A program made the position numbers and the translations under genes. Below, piece by piece: positions 50,491 through 61,667 of a stretch of DNA of 64,000 nt. The stretch lies in assembly GCA_049510745.1 (NCBI GenBank), contig JBEKYR010000008.1, positions 128,001 to 192,000 of the forward strand. The letters run 5' to 3'. This stretch comes from Verrucomicrobiota bacterium (GTDB lineage: Bacteria; Verrucomicrobiota; Verrucomicrobiia; Limisphaerales; Palsa-1400). Numbering within the stretch: the stretch's first letter is position 1; each line of letters begins with the position of its first letter. The notes beneath the pieces were generated by a model. The model searched no databases. It worked only from the letters and a program-made list of their open reading frames with translations, and was not told the DNA's origin.

Positions 50491-52041
50491 TTAAAGCGGG
50501 ATGGTCCCGTGTTTCTTTGGGGGACGGGATTCGCGCTTGGTCAGGGTGTTGCGCAACGCCAGCGAAATTCTGGCGCGGGTTTCGGAAGGGGCGATGACGT
50601 CAGTGATCATGGCTTTTCTGGCCGCTTCGTAGGGGGAACAGAATTTGTCGCGGTATTCGGCCACCAGTTCCGCTTCCTTGGCCTTCGGGTCCTTGGCGGC
50701 GGCGATTTCCCGCCGGTAGAGGATCTTGACCGCGCCTTCGGCGCCCATGACAGCGATTTCAGCAGTGGGCCAGGCGAAAACAAAATCCGCGCCCATGTCG
50801 GCGCTGCACATGGCCAGGTAAGCGCCGCCATAAGCCTTGCGGAGAATCACCGTGATTTTCGGCACGGTGGCGGAGGCATAAGCAAAGAGCATCTTGGCGC
50901 CGTGGCGGATGATGCCGCCGCGCTCCTGTTGAATCCCCGGCATGAAACCGGGAATGTCCACCAGCGTGACCAGCGGAATGTTGAACACATTGCAGAAGCG
51001 GATAAAGCGCGCCCCCTTGTCCGAGGAATCAATATCCAGCGTGCCCGCCTTGACGGCGGGGTTGTTGGCGACGATGCCAACGACAATGCCTTGAATGCGG
51101 GCGAAGCCAATGACGAGATTGCGCGCCCATTCGGCGTGAACTTCGAGCAGATCGCCATTGTCCACCAGACGGCCGATGACTTTGTAAATGTCCAGGGCGT
51201 CTTTGGCGGATTCCGGGAGCAGGGCGTTCATTTCCGGATCGGCCTTCAAATCGATCTGCGGCGTGGGCCGGTGAGGCGGGTCCAGCAGGTTGTTGGAGGG
51301 GAGAAAAGTGAGAAGGCGGCGGGCAATCTGGATGGCGTGGGCGTCATTGTCGGCGACAAAATGGACGTTGCCACTGATGCTGGCGTTGGTCGCGGCGCTG
51401 CCGATTTCATCCATCGTGCATTTCTGGCCGGTGACAGCCTGGATGACCTCCGGCCCGCAGATGAACATGTTGGCGCTGCCTTTGACCATGATGAGAAAAT
51501 CCATCAAGGCGGGCGAATAAGCGGCGCCGCCGGCGCAAGGTCCGGCAATAATCGCGATCTGAGGCACGACCCCGGAAGCCAGAACATTGCGAAAGAACAC
51601 CTGGCCGTAGGCGGAGAGCGAGGCGATCCCTTCCTGAATGCGCGCGCCGCCCGAATCGTTGAAGCCGATCATGGGGCAGCCCGTTTTGAGGGCGTAATCC
51701 ATCAGGTCGCAGATTTTCTTGGAGTGAATGCGCCCCAGAGCGCCGCCGCCGACGGTAAAATCCTGGCTGAAGGCCGCCACGGCGCGGCCATCCACGGTGC
51801 CGATGCCCGTGATCACGCCGTCGGCGGGCATGGATTTTTCCTCCATGCCAAAGTTGTGGCAATCGTGCTCGGCATGAAGGCCGGATTCCTGGAAGGTGCC
51901 GGTCTGGAAAAGCGCCTCGATGCGGTCGCGGGCGGTCATCAGGCCCTTTTTGCGGCGGGCGTCCAGTTTGTCCTGGCCTCCGCCCGCGCGCGCGGCGGCA
52001 CGCTTCTTTTCGAGGTCATCCACTAATGTTTTAATTTTCAT
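50491..52041 (-). CDS. Methylmalonyl-CoA carboxyltransferase (12S/MmdA/PccB family)
   Basis: DGVITG, QDFTV.GG, DSGGARIQEG, CAGGAAYSPAL, GIIRHGAK, KKHG.IPL. Confidence 0.93.
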   Translation of the reverse strand: MKIKTLVDDLEKKRAAARAGGGQDKLDARRKKGLMTARDRIEALFQTGTFQESGLHAEHDCHNFGMEEKSMPADGVITGIGTVDGRAVAAFSQDFTVGGGALGRIHSKKICDLMDYALKTGCPMIGFNDSGGARIQEGIASLSAYGQVFFRNVLASGVVPQIAIIAGPCAGGAAYSPALMDFLIMVKGSANMFICGPEVIQAVTGQKCTMDEIGSAATNASISGNVHFVADNDAHAIQIARRLLTFLPSNNLLDPPHRPTPQIDLKADPEMNALLPESAKDALDIYKVIGRLVDNGDLLEVHAEWARNLVIGFARIQGIVVGIVANNPAVKAGTLDIDSSDKGARFIRFCNVFNIPLVTLVDIPGFMPGIQQERGGIIRHGAKMLFAYASATVPKITVILRKAYGGAYLAMCSADMGADFVFAWPTAEIAVMGAEGAVKILYRREIAAAKDPKAKEAELVAEYRDKFCSPYEAARKAMITDVIAPSETRARISLALRNTLTKRESRPPKKHGTIPL

Positions 52042-52078
52042 CTGCTTCCATTTTGCCTGAGTCACCGGCCATTGGCCA

Positions 52079-52492
52079 CTATGGACCTGGCTTGGGCATG
52101 CAAAGTTCGGTCAGCACGCCAAAGGTTGATTTGGGATGGAGAAAGGCGACCAGCTTGCCGCCCGCGCCATCAAAAGGTTTTTCGTTAATCAGCTTCACGC
52201 CCGCGCCGGCGGCCTGGCGAAGCTGGCTTTCGACATCATCGGAGCCGAACGCAATATGATGAATTCCGCCGGCGGGGTTTTTCTCCAGGAATTTGGCAAT
52301 GGGACTGTCCGGGCTGGTCGGTTCGAGAAGTTCCAGGTGGACCTCGCCCACGGCAAAAAACGCGGTGCGGACTTTTTGCGAGGCCACTTCCTCGCGGTGC
52401 TGGCATTTGAGGCCGAGCGCCTTTTCATAGTAAGGCACGGCTTGATCCAGCGATGGGACAGCGATGCCGAGGTGGTCAATTCTTGTGATCAT
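52079..52492 (-). CDS. mce: Methylmalonyl-CoA epimerase
   Basis: [38 protein letters not shown] at 52492. Confidence 0.93.
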   Translation of the reverse strand: MITRIDHLGIAVPSLDQAVPYYEKALGLKCQHREEVASQKVRTAFFAVGEVHLELLEPTSPDSPIAKFLEKNPAGGIHHIAFGSDDVESQLRQAAGAGVKLINEKPFDGAGGKLVAFLHPKSTFGVLTELCMPKPGP

Positions 52493-53495
52493 AATCTGGT
52501 TTCTCCGGGTAACCGTCGAAGTCCGCCAACAGCAGGCGCGCGGCGGCTGCAGCGGTGATTTCCCCGCGCAGCAGGGATTCCCGGAGTCCGGGAAGACGGG
52601 CCTGCACACGCGGGTGGCGCTCAAAACGGGCTTGCAGCTCATCACGAACCAAATCGGCCAGCCAATCGACGGCCTGTTGTTGACGGCGTTTGGCGATGAG
52701 GCCTTGCGGCTCCAACTCGCGGAAAAATCGTTCGATGCGCTGCCAGACATGAGGAATGCCCTCGCCGGTCCTGGCCGAGCAGAGGGCCGCTTCGGCCTTC
52801 CAGCCGGGCGTGGCCGGTTGCAGATAGGAAAGAGCGGCCTGCTGTTCGAGGCGGGCTTGTTCGGCCCGCTGCCGATTCTCGCCGTCCGCTTTATTGATGA
52901 GAATGTCATCGGCCATTTCGATGATGCCCCTTTTGATGCCCTGCAATTCGTCGCCGGCGCCCGGCAACAAAAGCAGCAAAAAGAAATCCACCATCGAACG
53001 CAGAGCCACCTCGCTCTGGCCGACGCCCACGCTTTCGACCAGGAGCAGATCAAAACCAGCCGCTTCGCACAAAAGCATCGTTTCGCGGGTGCGCCGGGCC
53101 ACGCCGCCCACACTGTCACCGGCCGGTGACGGACGAATGAAGGCGCGCGATTCCCGGCTGAGATTCTCCATCCGGGTCTTGTCGCCCAGGATGCTGCCGC
53201 CGGAACGTTTGCTGGTGGGATCAATGGCCAGGACGGCGACCGAATGGCCCTGGCCAATGAGGTAACATCCGAACGCCTCAATAAACGTGCTTTTGCCCAC
53301 GCCGGGCGCGCCGGTGATGCCGATGCGTTTGGCCTTGCCGGTGTGGGGCAGGAGCTTTTGCAGGACTTTCTGGGCCTTCTTTTCGTGCAGCGGCGACTGG
53401 CTCTCGATCAACGTGACGGCGCGCGAAAGGAGGACGCGGTCGCCGGCCAGCACGCCGGCAACATAGTCATCAATGGTTGGATCAGGAGCGGTCAT
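52476..53495 (-). CDS. meaB: Methylmalonyl-CoA mutase-associated GTPase
   Basis: [38 protein letters not shown]. Confidence 0.93.
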   Translation of the reverse strand: MTAPDPTIDDYVAGVLAGDRVLLSRAVTLIESQSPLHEKKAQKVLQKLLPHTGKAKRIGITGAPGVGKSTFIEAFGCYLIGQGHSVAVLAIDPTSKRSGGSILGDKTRMENLSRESRAFIRPSPAGDSVGGVARRTRETMLLCEAAGFDLLLVESVGVGQSEVALRSMVDFFLLLLLPGAGDELQGIKRGIIEMADDILINKADGENRQRAEQARLEQQAALSYLQPATPGWKAEAALCSARTGEGIPHVWQRIERFFRELEPQGLIAKRRQQQAVDWLADLVRDELQARFERHPRVQARLPGLRESLLRGEITAAAAARLLLADFDGYPEKPDYDHKN

Positions 53496-55675
53496 GCTTT
53501 GACCCGCGCGCTTAAGCGGGTCAGGACTTCCCTGGCGGCGTCCGGGATGCATGTTCCCGGCCCGAAGACGGCCGCGGCGCCGTTCTCTTTCAAGAACTCG
53601 TAGTCTTGCGGCGGGATGACGCCGCCGACCACGGCCATGATGTCGGAGCGTCCGATCTTGCCCAGTTCCTGGACCAGTTGGACGAGCAAGGTCTTATGGC
53701 CGCCGGCCAGCGAACTGATGCCGACGACATGAACATCATTGTCGGCGGCCATGCGCGCGACTTCGTCCGGCTGCTGAAATAACGGCCCGATGTCCACGTC
53801 GAAGCCCAGATCGGCGTAGGCGGTGGCGATGACTTTGGCGCCGCGATCATGGCCGTCCTGGCCCATCTTGGCGATGAGGATGCGCGGGCGGCGGCCATGC
53901 TTGCGGGCGAACTCGTCGGACAGCCGGCGAACCTGCTCGATCTGCGGGTCCCGCCCATATTCGGATTGATAGACGCCGGACACGGAACGAATGACAGCTT
54001 TGTGGCGATGAAAGATTTTTTCAAGAGCGAAGGAAATCTCCCCCAGGGTGGCGTGGGCGCGGGCGGCGTCAATGGCCAGGGCCAGCAGGTTGCCCGCGCC
54101 GGTTTCGGCCGCGCGGGTCAGGGCGTCCAGGGCGATTTGGACCTTGGGGTTGTCGCGTTCCGCCTTGAGTTTATGCAGGCGCTGGATTTGCGATTCGCGC
54201 ACGGCGGTGTTATCGACTTCACGGAACTCGAGTTTCTCGGCTTTTTCCAACCGGAAAAGATTCACGCCGATGATGGATTCCTTGCCCGAATCGATGCGGG
54301 CCTGGCGGCGCGCGGCCGCTTCCTCGATGCGCAACTTGGGCAGGCCCGTTTCGATGGCTTTGGCCATGCCGCCCAGTGCCTCGATTTCCTGGATGTGCGC
54401 CCACGCCCGTTTCATCAGGGCCTGGGTCAGCGCCTCGACATAATAGGAACCGCCCCAGGGATCAATGACCTTGCAGATGCCGGTTTCCTCTTGCAGGAGA
54501 AGCTGGGTGTTGCGGGCGATCCGCGCCGAAAAATCGGTCGGCAAGGCGATGGCTTCGTCCAGCGAATTGGTGTGCAGCGATTGCGTCTGGCCGAAGGCGG
54601 CGGCCATCGCTTCGACGCAAGTGCGGGCGACATTGTTAAAGGGGTCCTGCTCGGTCAGAGACCAACCCGAGGTCTGCGAATGGGTGCGCAGGGCCATCGA
54701 CTTGGGGTTTTTGGGATGGAACTGCGCGATGATCTTCGCCCACAAGGCGCGGGCGGCCCGCAGTTTGGCAATCTCCATGAAAAAGTCCTTGCCCTGCGCC
54801 CAGAAAAACGAGAGCCGCGGCGCGAAAGCGTCAATGTCAATGCCCGCCTTCAGACCCGTGCGGACATATTCCAGGCCGTCAGCCAAGGTATAGGCCAGTT
54901 CCAGGTCCGCCGTCGCGCCGGCCTCCTGCATGTGATAGCCGGAGATGGAGATGGAGTTGAACTTGGGCATGTTTTTGGAGGCGAACGCAAAGATGTCCGC
55001 CACGATGCGCATGGAGGGGCCGGGCGGATAAATGTAGGTGTTCCGCACCATGTACTCCTTGAGGATGTCATTCTGGATCGTGCCGGAAAGTTGCTCCAGC
55101 TTCACTCCTTGTTCCTCGGCGGCGACGATATAGAACGCCAGCACTGGAAGCACCGCGCCGTTCATGGTCATGGAAACGGAGATGCGATCCAGGGGAATTC
55201 CGCCGAACAATATCTTCATGTCCTCGACCGAATTGACCGCCACGCCCGCCTTGCCGACGTCCGCCAAGGCGCGCGGGTGGTCGGAGTCGTAACCGCGGTG
55301 CGTTGGCAAATCAAAGGCGACGGACAAGCCTTGCTGGCCGGCGGCGATGTTGCGGCGATAAAATGCGTTGCTCTCCTCGGCTGTGGAAAAACCGGCGTAT
55401 TGGCGGACGGTCCATGGCCTGGTGACAAACATGGAGCCATACGGGCCGCGCACATAGGGGGCGAACCCGGGCATCGAGTCCAGATGCTCGCAGCCGTTGA
55501 GGTCGGCGGCGGTGTAAAGGGGCCGGACCTCAATCCCCTCCAGCGTTTGATGCACGCATTCGTCGAATGCCTTGATGACGATTTCCGATTCAAAACGGGC
55601 GCGCCACTGCTCGGGGGTGACGTCGGCGGGAGCGGCGCGAAAGGGGACGGTGGTGAAGTCAGGGAATGTATTCAT
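53492..55675 (-). CDS. mutB: Methylmalonyl-CoA mutase, catalytic B12-binding subunit
   Basis: [29 protein letters not shown] (DxHxxG). Confidence 0.95.
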   Translation of the reverse strand: MNTFPDFTTVPFRAAPADVTPEQWRARFESEIVIKAFDECVHQTLEGIEVRPLYTAADLNGCEHLDSMPGFAPYVRGPYGSMFVTRPWTVRQYAGFSTAEESNAFYRRNIAAGQQGLSVAFDLPTHRGYDSDHPRALADVGKAGVAVNSVEDMKILFGGIPLDRISVSMTMNGAVLPVLAFYIVAAEEQGVKLEQLSGTIQNDILKEYMVRNTYIYPPGPSMRIVADIFAFASKNMPKFNSISISGYHMQEAGATADLELAYTLADGLEYVRTGLKAGIDIDAFAPRLSFFWAQGKDFFMEIAKLRAARALWAKIIAQFHPKNPKSMALRTHSQTSGWSLTEQDPFNNVARTCVEAMAAAFGQTQSLHTNSLDEAIALPTDFSARIARNTQLLLQEETGICKVIDPWGGSYYVEALTQALMKRAWAHIQEIEALGGMAKAIETGLPKLRIEEAAARRQARIDSGKESIIGVNLFRLEKAEKLEFREVDNTAVRESQIQRLHKLKAERDNPKVQIALDALTRAAETGAGNLLALAIDAARAHATLGEISFALEKIFHRHKAVIRSVSGVYQSEYGRDPQIEQVRRLSDEFARKHGRRPRILIAKMGQDGHDRGAKVIATAYADLGFDVDIGPLFQQPDEVARMAADNDVHVVGISSLAGGHKTLLVQLVQELGKIGRSDIMAVVGGVIPPQDYEFLKENGAAAVFGPGTCIPDAAREVLTRLSARVKA

Positions 55676-57843
55676 AATTGAATTCCGAGGCGGAGATGAA
55701 GCGCAATTAATAATTCAAGCGCGTCGGCGCGGGCGTGAACAAATTCGTCCACGCCGGCCTTCTTGTGGGCTTCGACCTGGCCCGCCGGCAACCCGGCCAG
55801 GACGATGATGGCATCGGCGCGTTGCGCGCGGAGCGCCTGGACCAGGGGCGGCACCAGGGCGGGATATTTGTCGTCGGTCGAACAGATGACCGCAATTCTC
55901 GCCTTGGACTCGGCAAAGGCCCTGGCCGCGTCTTCGGGAGCGCAGAATCCTTCGGGCGAAATGACATTGTAGCCGCCCGCAGCGAAAAGGCCGCGCGAGA
56001 AATCGGCGCGCGCCTTGTAGTCGGCCAGCGCCCCCATGTTGCAGAGAAAGACGCGGGGGCGTTCGATTTTTTGGCTGGCGGCATGGCGGGTCAAGGCCGC
56101 GCGCAGGCGCTCAAAGCCCGCGGCCGCGCGGCTGATCTGCACCGGAGCGATGCGGCTGCACGGGCTGTCGTGAATGCGGATGGCGCGGGCGATCTCCCCC
56201 AGCGTCGCCCCGGCCGCGGCCGCGTCCACGCAGGCGTCGAAGACGCGCGGGCTTTTGAGATCGATCACTTTGCTGAGTTTCTGGAGAACCAGTTCATTGT
56301 CCGAATCTTCCAGGTTGGTCCGATACGAAGTGACCTGAAGGACGCGGCGCTTATAGAAGGCTTCCGTGTCCGAGGCTGGAGGTTCCAGCGCCACTTCCTT
56401 GGGATTGGCGTATTGGTTGACTCCGATGATGGAATCACGACGGCGATGAACGGCCTTTCGTCTCTCCAGAGCGGCCGCCGCCACCGCTTTTTGCGGAAAA
56501 CCCGCCCGCAACGCCGCCTCCATGCCGCCCAGTCTCTCGACTTCCTGAAAGAGCGTCCAGGCGCGGCCGGCGAGGTCGGCGGTGATCGCTTCCACATACC
56601 ACGAACCGCCCGCCGGATCGATCACCCGGCCCAACTCGCACTCCTTCTGGAGAATGAGCTGGGTGTTGCGCGCGATGCGCTGGCTGAAATCGTCGGGTTG
56701 CCGAATGACCTCGTCGAACGCGCCCACCTGCATGCTGTCACAGCCGCCTAAAACGCCGGCCAGGGCTTCGACGGTCGTCCGCAACAGGTTCGTGTAGGGG
56801 TCCAGAACGCTTTTGTTCCACCGCGAGGTGCGCACGTGCAGCGAGAGTCTTTGCGCCTGTTCGCCGCCGCCGGCGACGGCCACGGCGCGCGCCCACAACA
56901 TCCGCAAGGCGCGGAGTTTGGCGATTTCCATGAAGAAATTTGCCCCGACCGTCACGGCAAAACGGATGCGCGGGGCCACGCTCTCGGCGTCGAGGCCGCG
57001 CCGGTTCATTTGCCGAAGATACTCCACGCCGGTGGCCAGGCTGAAAGCGAGTTCCTGCACGGCATGGCCGCCGGCCTCGTGCCAGGAACGGCTGTGGACG
57101 CAGACGGTTTGAAGGTGAGGCGCGCCGGCCGCCGCCCAGCGGAGCAGGGCCGCCATTTCGCGATAGGCCCCTTCGAGCGATTGCGGCAGGCAGCCCTCGT
57201 GGGACAAAACGCCGAGCGGGTCCATTTCAATGCAGCCATAAAGGCAGGCGGGCGCTTTCTTGCGCTGGCGGGCCAGCGCGACCAGGAGCGCGGCGAAGGG
57301 CATGGCGGAGGCCCCGGAGCGGACGAAGAGCGAAGTGTTTCCCAGATCAATGCCTTCCAGCGCGCGGTCCAGGTCATCGACCGTCGCGATGGAGAGTCCG
57401 CCGGAACCGACTTCATCGGGTTGCGCCCAATCGGGGTCGTGGCCGTTGCGGGTGGCCTTGTCCACAACGATGTTCAAGGCGTTCAGGCCCCGTTCCAGCG
57501 AATTGCGGGCGGCGTGATTGAATTCCGTCGGGCTGGAGCAGGTGATTTCCTGGGAAATGGCCCACGGCTGGCGGGCATAGCCGCTGGCCGTGGTCCCGCG
57601 CACAAAGGGGGCGAAGCCGGAAAAGGAATTCAGGTGGGGAAGGTCCGCGATGTCTTCCGGCCGGTAGATGGGCTTGAGGGTGATGCCTTCGTAAGTGACC
57701 GTGAACATTCGCTTGTCAAAAGGCGCGCCTTTCAGCTCGCTCTCGACCAGACGATGCCAGTCGCCATAACCGACGGGCGGGAATTCCGCCAGCAGCCGGT
57801 CTGTCACAGGTTTGGTTTCAGTCGCGTTCATAACAGTTTCCAC
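55672..57843 (-). CDS. mutA: Methylmalonyl-CoA mutase, non-catalytic subunit
   Basis: Mutase fold ([20 protein letters not shown]) lacking DxHxxG; ARADFS and ICSTDDKY. Confidence 0.88.
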   Translation of the reverse strand: METVMNATETKPVTDRLLAEFPPVGYGDWHRLVESELKGAPFDKRMFTVTYEGITLKPIYRPEDIADLPHLNSFSGFAPFVRGTTASGYARQPWAISQEITCSSPTEFNHAARNSLERGLNALNIVVDKATRNGHDPDWAQPDEVGSGGLSIATVDDLDRALEGIDLGNTSLFVRSGASAMPFAALLVALARQRKKAPACLYGCIEMDPLGVLSHEGCLPQSLEGAYREMAALLRWAAAGAPHLQTVCVHSRSWHEAGGHAVQELAFSLATGVEYLRQMNRRGLDAESVAPRIRFAVTVGANFFMEIAKLRALRMLWARAVAVAGGGEQAQRLSLHVRTSRWNKSVLDPYTNLLRTTVEALAGVLGGCDSMQVGAFDEVIRQPDDFSQRIARNTQLILQKECELGRVIDPAGGSWYVEAITADLAGRAWTLFQEVERLGGMEAALRAGFPQKAVAAAALERRKAVHRRRDSIIGVNQYANPKEVALEPPASDTEAFYKRRVLQVTSYRTNLEDSDNELVLQKLSKVIDLKSPRVFDACVDAAAAGATLGEIARAIRIHDSPCSRIAPVQISRAAAGFERLRAALTRHAASQKIERPRVFLCNMGALADYKARADFSRGLFAAGGYNVISPEGFCAPEDAARAFAESKARIAVICSTDDKYPALVPPLVQALRAQRADAIIVLAGLPAGQVEAHKKAGVDEFVHARADALELLIALHLRLGIQL

Positions 57844-57846
57844 GGT

Positions 57847-59316
57847 TCAGCCCTCCAAGGTCTCGACCAGCACGTCGTGCCGCCGGCCATTGAGGGTGAC
57901 GAACAAATGTTTGCCCTGTCCGTTGCCTTGGGCGATGGGAGCCGGACGGTCCAGGGACGGGGCCGGAGAGGCCGGAGCCGCTTTCGGCTTCAACAAGGCT
58001 TCGACTTGCTGGGGGAACATGGCAAAAAGGACGACGATTTCATCTTCGACGGGCAGGCCCTTTTCGGCGCATTGCTTGCGATAGTTTTCCAGGCCGGGTT
58101 CAAGGAGGTCGGCCGGGCGGGCCGTGATAGGCTTTTTGCCGGAGAGCTTCTCGACCTGGGCGAGCACATCGGGATCAATCTGTCCCGGCGTTTTGCCGTA
58201 TTTGCCGAGGGCGACGTCCTGGGCGGGCTGGCAGATCATTTTCCAGCGGCCAAACTTGACGTTCATCATGGCTTGAGTGCCGACAATCTGCGAGGTGGGC
58301 GTCACCAGCGGAATCCAGCCCAGGGCCTGGCGCACCACCGGAATTTCGCGCACGACTTCGTCGAAGCGGTCGGACATGCCTTGCTCTTTGAGTTGGGTGC
58401 GGAAGTTGGAGAGCATCCCGCCGGGGACCTGATAAATGAGAATATCGCTGTCCACCCGCTCGTTGGCGGGGCTGGTGAACTTGGCCAGTTCTTTGTAAAC
58501 GCCCTCGAAGTAGGTTCGCAGTTGCGCCAGTTTTTCCAGGTCGAATTTCGGGCAGCGCGGATGGCCTTCCAGCAGCGCCAACATGCGTTGCGTATCCGGC
58601 TGCGAAGTGCCGTTGGCGAAAGGGGCAATCGAAACCTCGACACAGTCCACCCCCGCGTCAATGGCCGCCAGATAACTGGCCGCGCCCAACCCGGCGGTGT
58701 CATGCACGTGCAGGGTGAGGGGAATGCCGACGGTGCGCTTGAGTTCCTTGACCAGGTCGAAGGCGATGCGCGGTTGGAGAATGCCCGACATGTCCTTGAT
58801 GCCGAGCGAATCGCACCCCATCTTTTCCAAGGCAATGCCCATCTTGACAAAATTCTCGACCGTGTGGACCGGACTGATGGTGTAGCAAAGTTCCCCCCGG
58901 GCGTGCTTTTGGCATTTCCTGACGGCGCGAATCGCCGTCTGGAGATTGCGCAGGTCGTTGAGGGCATCGAAGATGCGGACGATGTCCATCCCGCATTGGC
59001 ACATGCACCGCACAAAGGCCTCCACCACGTCGTCGGGAAAACTGGCGTACTGGACGATGTTCTGGCCGCGCAAGAGGGCCAGTTGCGGGGTTTTGGGAGC
59101 GGCCTTTTTAAGAGCGCGCAACCGGTCAAAAGGGTTCTCGTTGAGAAAACGCAGGCAGGAATCAATGGTGGCGCCGCCCCAGGTTTCCAGGCCGTTGAAA
59201 CCCATCGCGTCCAGGAGGGGCGCGGCGGGCAGCATCTGGGCCGTGGTCATGCGCGTGGCGGCCATCGATTGATGTCCGTCCCGCAGCACCGTGTTATTGA
59301 ATAAAACCGGTTTCAT
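57847..59316 (-). CDS. Pyruvate/oxaloacetate carboxyltransferase (transcarboxylase 5S / OadA-like, no biotin domain)
   Basis: LRDGHQS, WGGAT.D, IKDM.G, HVHDT, QVPGGMLSN, PLVTPTSQIVG; no AMKM. Confidence 0.9.
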   Translation of the reverse strand: MKPVLFNNTVLRDGHQSMAATRMTTAQMLPAAPLLDAMGFNGLETWGGATIDSCLRFLNENPFDRLRALKKAAPKTPQLALLRGQNIVQYASFPDDVVEAFVRCMCQCGMDIVRIFDALNDLRNLQTAIRAVRKCQKHARGELCYTISPVHTVENFVKMGIALEKMGCDSLGIKDMSGILQPRIAFDLVKELKRTVGIPLTLHVHDTAGLGAASYLAAIDAGVDCVEVSIAPFANGTSQPDTQRMLALLEGHPRCPKFDLEKLAQLRTYFEGVYKELAKFTSPANERVDSDILIYQVPGGMLSNFRTQLKEQGMSDRFDEVVREIPVVRQALGWIPLVTPTSQIVGTQAMMNVKFGRWKMICQPAQDVALGKYGKTPGQIDPDVLAQVEKLSGKKPITARPADLLEPGLENYRKQCAEKGLPVEDEIVVLFAMFPQQVEALLKPKAAPASPAPSLDRPAPIAQGNGQGKHLFVTLNGRRHDVLVETLEG

Positions 59317-59625
59317 AGTCTCCCTCACTGTCACCGCAACGGGGAAAACAGACTAACCGATATTTGTCGAACCACAAGCCAAAATTGCTCAGGGCCGCGA
59401 CAAAAAATGCCAAGGGTCGCGCAAAGGATGCGAAAAGTTTTCCAAGAAAGCCGATTAGTTTTCTTGAATGAATGACTTCGAGGGATTCCGCCCGGCGCGG
59501 CGTAGTAATGAATGTGAACCAAAAGAGTTCCAAGTCGCGCCGTTGAAATAATCGTGGCGACTCTGTTTCTGAACCATTAAAGTGCGAAAGGCGGCGGGCG
59601 GCACTGCCGCCTTCGCTGACATAGT

Positions 59626-59967
59626 ATGAACACAAACGAACCGGGCCAGCAGGACGAGGCGCTTCGCATGCTTCTTAAAGAGTGGCGCACTGACTCTCCG
59701 TTGCCTCCGCGTTTTCAGGAAGCAGTTTGGCGGCGCATTGAACGACCACAGGCGCCGGCGGCGCCTTCAGTCTGGGACGTGATCGCCGATTGGATTGGCA
59801 CGGCGCTGCCACGGCCGGCGTTGGCGGCTTCTTACCTCGCCCTCCTTCTCACCCTCGGCGTGGCCGCCGGTTGGACGCAGGCCCGGCAGGAAAGCGCGCG
59901 GGTGAAGGGTGAACTGGGCGACCGCTACATCCGCACCTTGGATCCTTATCAAGCTCCCCGCCAATAG
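59626..59967 (+). CDS. Putative membrane anti-sigma factor
   Basis: LLKEW, PPRFQEAVWRRI, one TM helix, YIRTLDP; upstream of the metal sensor and ECF sigma. Confidence 0.55.
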   Translation: MNTNEPGQQDEALRMLLKEWRTDSPLPPRFQEAVWRRIERPQAPAAPSVWDVIADWIGTALPRPALAASYLALLLTLGVAAGWTQARQESARVKGELGDRYIRTLDPYQAPRQ

Positions 59968-59971
59968 TTCG

Positions 59972-60433
59972 ATGAAGAAAGGCCTTTTCATTCTCGTGCT
60001 CGGTTTGGCCGTGGCGGCGGCGGCTTACGGCTGCGTTTACTTCGTCTGCACGGCGCCGGCGCGCCACCTGGAGCGGAGCAGCCAGCCGGAACTGGCCTGG
60101 CTAAAGGCGGAATTCAACCTGAGCGATTCGGAATTCAAGCGCATTTCAGAACTGCACGCGGCTTACCTCCCTCAATGCGCGGAAAGGTGCCGGCAGGTCG
60201 AGGCCCAAAACCAGCGGCTAAGAGCATTGCTCGCGGCCACCAATCAAATGACGCCGGAGATCGAATCAGCTATTGCGGAAAGCGCCCGCTTGCGTGGCGT
60301 ATGCCAGCGCAACATGCTCGCCCACTTTTACGAAGTCAGCCGCACGATGCCGCCGGAACAAGGACGCCGCTACCTGGCATGGGTGCAGGAAAGAACCTTC
60401 CTGTCGGGTGAAGGCATGATGCGCGACAAATGA
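59972..60433 (+). CDS. Periplasmic heavy-metal sensor (CnrX/ZraP-like helical)
   Basis: TM anchor, LAWLKAEFNLS, HAAY..QCAERC, CQRNML.H, MPPEQ.RRYL. Confidence 0.7.
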   Translation: MKKGLFILVLGLAVAAAAYGCVYFVCTAPARHLERSSQPELAWLKAEFNLSDSEFKRISELHAAYLPQCAERCRQVEAQNQRLRALLAATNQMTPEIESAIAESARLRGVCQRNMLAHFYEVSRTMPPEQGRRYLAWVQERTFLSGEGMMRDK

Positions 60434-60572
60434 ACGGGGCGCTTTCAGATTTGACTCGAGGAATGCCATTCATCAAACGACCATCAATCGAAATGAAACC
60501 TGAATGCGATACCGCAAGAAGAACATCAACGCGAATACCAACGGTGAATCACAAAAAACACTGGAATAAAAT

Positions 60573-60872
60573 ATGAAAAAAACATTACTGACCCTCACGA
60601 CACTGGCCCTGTTGGCTGGCCTACCCGCGCTCGTCCGCGCGGGCGACACAAACACTCCGACCAGTTCGACCAACACTGCGGTGAAACCGTATCCACTCAC
60701 TTACTGCCTCGTCTCTGGCGAGAAGATCGGCGAGATGGGCAAGCCGGCTGCCATCACCTACAAGGGGCAGGAAATCAAATTCTGCTGCGGGGATTGTGTG
60801 ACGGACTTCAAAAAAGACCCGGACAAATTCCTCAAAAAGCTGGCAGAGGAAGAAAAAAAGGCGAAGAAGTAA
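60573..60872 (+). CDS. Secreted YHS/TRASH-like metal-binding protein
   Basis: Signal peptide; CLVSGE, YKGQEIKFCC.DC...F.KDP. Confidence 0.75.
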   Translation: MKKTLLTLTTLALLAGLPALVRAGDTNTPTSSTNTAVKPYPLTYCLVSGEKIGEMGKPAAITYKGQEIKFCCGDCVTDFKKDPDKFLKKLAEEEKKAKK

Positions 60873-60964
60873 TCGTTCGTTGTATTGCACCGATCCGTCG
60901 GCCTCTCTTATGGAAAAACACCGGCGGTCATTGGCAACGCGCTGCGGCTGCGCGGCACGAAATT

Positions 60965-61609
60965 ATGAGTCTCGGCGACAACTCAAATCTCGAAAGCGGC
61001 GGCCCCGGCTTCGCCGCGAGCCTGTCAGCCGCCGACCAACTGGACGGCCAGGAGATGGCGCGATTGGCCGCCGGCCAAGGCGCGGCCCTCAACACTTTGA
61101 TGGAGCGCCACGCGGAGAAGCTGTTTCACTTTCTGGTTCGCGCCTTGCAGAACGAAGAGGACGCGGCGGACCTGGCTCAGGAAACCTTCGTCCGCGTGTA
61201 TCAAAACCGCGCGAAGTTTGATCCGCGCCAGAAGTTCTCCGCCTGGCTCTACGCCATCGCCGGCAATCTGGTGCGCGACCGCTATCGCTGGCGCAAACGC
61301 CATCCGCAGATTTCGCTCGACGCCGCCCATGAGGCCGCTGGAAATGATGTTGGCGAAATGCTTCCGGACCATGCGCCTTCAGCAAGTGAAACGCTGCAAG
61401 GCAACGAACGAGCCGAAGCCGTGCGCCGCGCCATCGCCGCCCTGCCGGAGGAATTGCGCATTCCGCTGATCCTTGCGGAATACGAGGAGAAGTCGCACGC
61501 GGAGATCGGTGAGATTCTTCGGTGCTCGGCCAAAGCCGTCGAGGGGCGCGTCAGCCGGGCGCGCCGGCAGCTTCGCGCCAGCCTCGGCCGGTTGCTGGAG
61601 ACGATGTGA
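60965..61609 (+). CDS. ECF sigma-70 factor
   Basis: DAADLAQETFVRVY, FSAWLYAIAGN, SHAEIGEIL, RVSRAR. Confidence 0.92.
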   Translation: MSLGDNSNLESGGPGFAASLSAADQLDGQEMARLAAGQGAALNTLMERHAEKLFHFLVRALQNEEDAADLAQETFVRVYQNRAKFDPRQKFSAWLYAIAGNLVRDRYRWRKRHPQISLDAAHEAAGNDVGEMLPDHAPSASETLQGNERAEAVRRAIAALPEELRIPLILAEYEEKSHAEIGEILRCSAKAVEGRVSRARRQLRASLGRLLETM

Positions 61610-61667
61610 GCCAAACAGTTCAAGGGGTGAGGCGCCCCGGCGGCGTATCACAATCGGAAGCAGGTTT

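Noticed and set aside
52079..53281. 400-aa epimerase fusion
   Set aside because: The upstream part overlaps meaB in another frame; the epimerase starts at 52492.
59334..59620. Cobalamin riboswitch upstream of the mutase operon
   Set aside because: No B12-box/GGGAA core recognisable on the coding strand.
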